A stretch of 64,000 bases of DNA from Mobula hypostoma (Eukaryota), in assembly GCF_963921235.1 (NCBI RefSeq), contig NC_086097.1, positions 243,972,001 to 244,036,000 on the forward strand. Reading direction: 5' to 3'. The notes beneath the pieces are model-generated. The model ran no database searches. It was not told the origin of the DNA and saw only the letters and a list, made by a program, of their open reading frames with translations. This document shows, piece after piece, positions 63,100 through 64,000 of the stretch; within the stretch, counting starts at the first letter, position 1; each line of letters begins with the position of its first letter. The position numbers were made by a program, and so were the translations under genes.

Positions 63100-63555
63100 C
63101 ACTTTCGAGAAGTTTGAAACTTTCAACTTGTGAGGTGTAAGCATCACCAATAACCTCTCCTGTTCCAAACACATTGACACCATGACCAGGAAAGCTCTTC
63201 AACACCTCTACTTCCTCAAGGGACTGAAGAAAGCTAACCCTCACAAATTTTTTTTAAAGCACTGTAAAAAAGCTTCCTATTCAGATCCATCAGGGTTGGT
63301 ATGATAACTGCTCTGCCCGTGACCTCTAGAAACTGCAGTGAGTTGAGGACACATCTCAGCACATCACGAAACCAGCCTCCATAGACTCTGTCTACACTTC
63401 ATAGTAAAGCAACCAATATAATCAACTACCTGACCGACCCCGGATGTTCTCTCTTCTCCCCTCTCCCATCAGGCAGAAGGTACAAAAGCCTGAAAGCATG
63501 TACCATCAAGTTCAAGGACAGCTTCCATCCCAATCTTATAATATTAATGAACAGT
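63100..63555 (+). mobile_element. Decayed Rex1/Babar 3' fragment
   Basis: CAACACCTCTACTTCCTC...CCATCAGGCAGAAGGTACAAAAGCCTG...AAGGACAGCTTC block. Confidence 0.75.
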
Positions 63556-63599
63556 CCACGAGTATGATAAAATGGACTCAACCTCACCATATACCTCAG

Positions 63600-63835
63600 A
63601 GTTGTTGTTGAACCCATGGCTGTCGGCAGCAGCTCATAGAATTCTCTGTCCTGGGCCAGTCTTTCAAGTTGTCCCCAGGAGTGGCCAAGTGAAGATCCTT
63701 CTTCTCCCACGGATGAGTTTCATGGAGCTTCTGTTGGCATTTGTGCAGCTCAGGGTTTTTACAGGGTGGAGTTGCTAGCCCCATGTCCAACCCTCCTCCC
63801 TTTACGGTCAGGTTTGGGACCATCCATGGCAGAGT
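63600..63835 (-). mobile_element. Bipartite RTE-derived non-autonomous element
   Basis: Minus strand has an RTE 5'UTR-like GGTCCCAAACC...GGAGGGTTGG...CCCTGTAAAAA joined to the C-terminal motif WGQLERLAQDR and a (CAA)n tail. Confidence 0.65.
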
Positions 63836-64000
63836 TATCCTGTTATGGCCTTGCACCTTATTGTTTACCTGCAGTACACTTTCTCTGTATCTGTATTCTG
63901 TTATCGGTTTACCTTACACTATCTTTTAATGCACAGTAGTAATGAGTTGGTCTGTATGAACAGTATACGAGTCAAGCTTTTCACCTCGATATCTGACCAT

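Overview
Eukaryotic, repeat-dominated genomic DNA with no recognisable intact host protein-coding gene. The repeat mix points to a cartilaginous fish, probably a ray (inference, no database search). Bases 1-5230 are a 30-bp minisatellite carrying three co-amplified Penelope-type hairpins. The rest is a mosaic of CR1 LINEs (one near full-length, with an SGNH-esterase ORF1 and an APE-RT ORF2), Rex1/Babar LINE fragments, Penelope (GIY-YIG) 3' ends with hammerhead ribozyme motifs, RTE-derived non-autonomous elements, SINEs, three solo LTRs with 4-bp TSDs, and hAT and Tc1/mariner MITEs. One repeat-poor island (about 28.4-30.1 kb) looks like a host promoter plus first exon. The strongest leads are: (i) a conserved, correctly phased G GGT TTA AAC slippery site at the CR1 ORF1/ORF2 junction, suggesting -1 ribosomal frameshifting; (ii) an intact minimal hammerhead motif; (iii) a nonsense codon shared by two CR1 copies; (iv) kb-scale inverted CR1 pairs. 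Boundaries of decayed repeats are approximate, and family names come from recognising motifs by eye.
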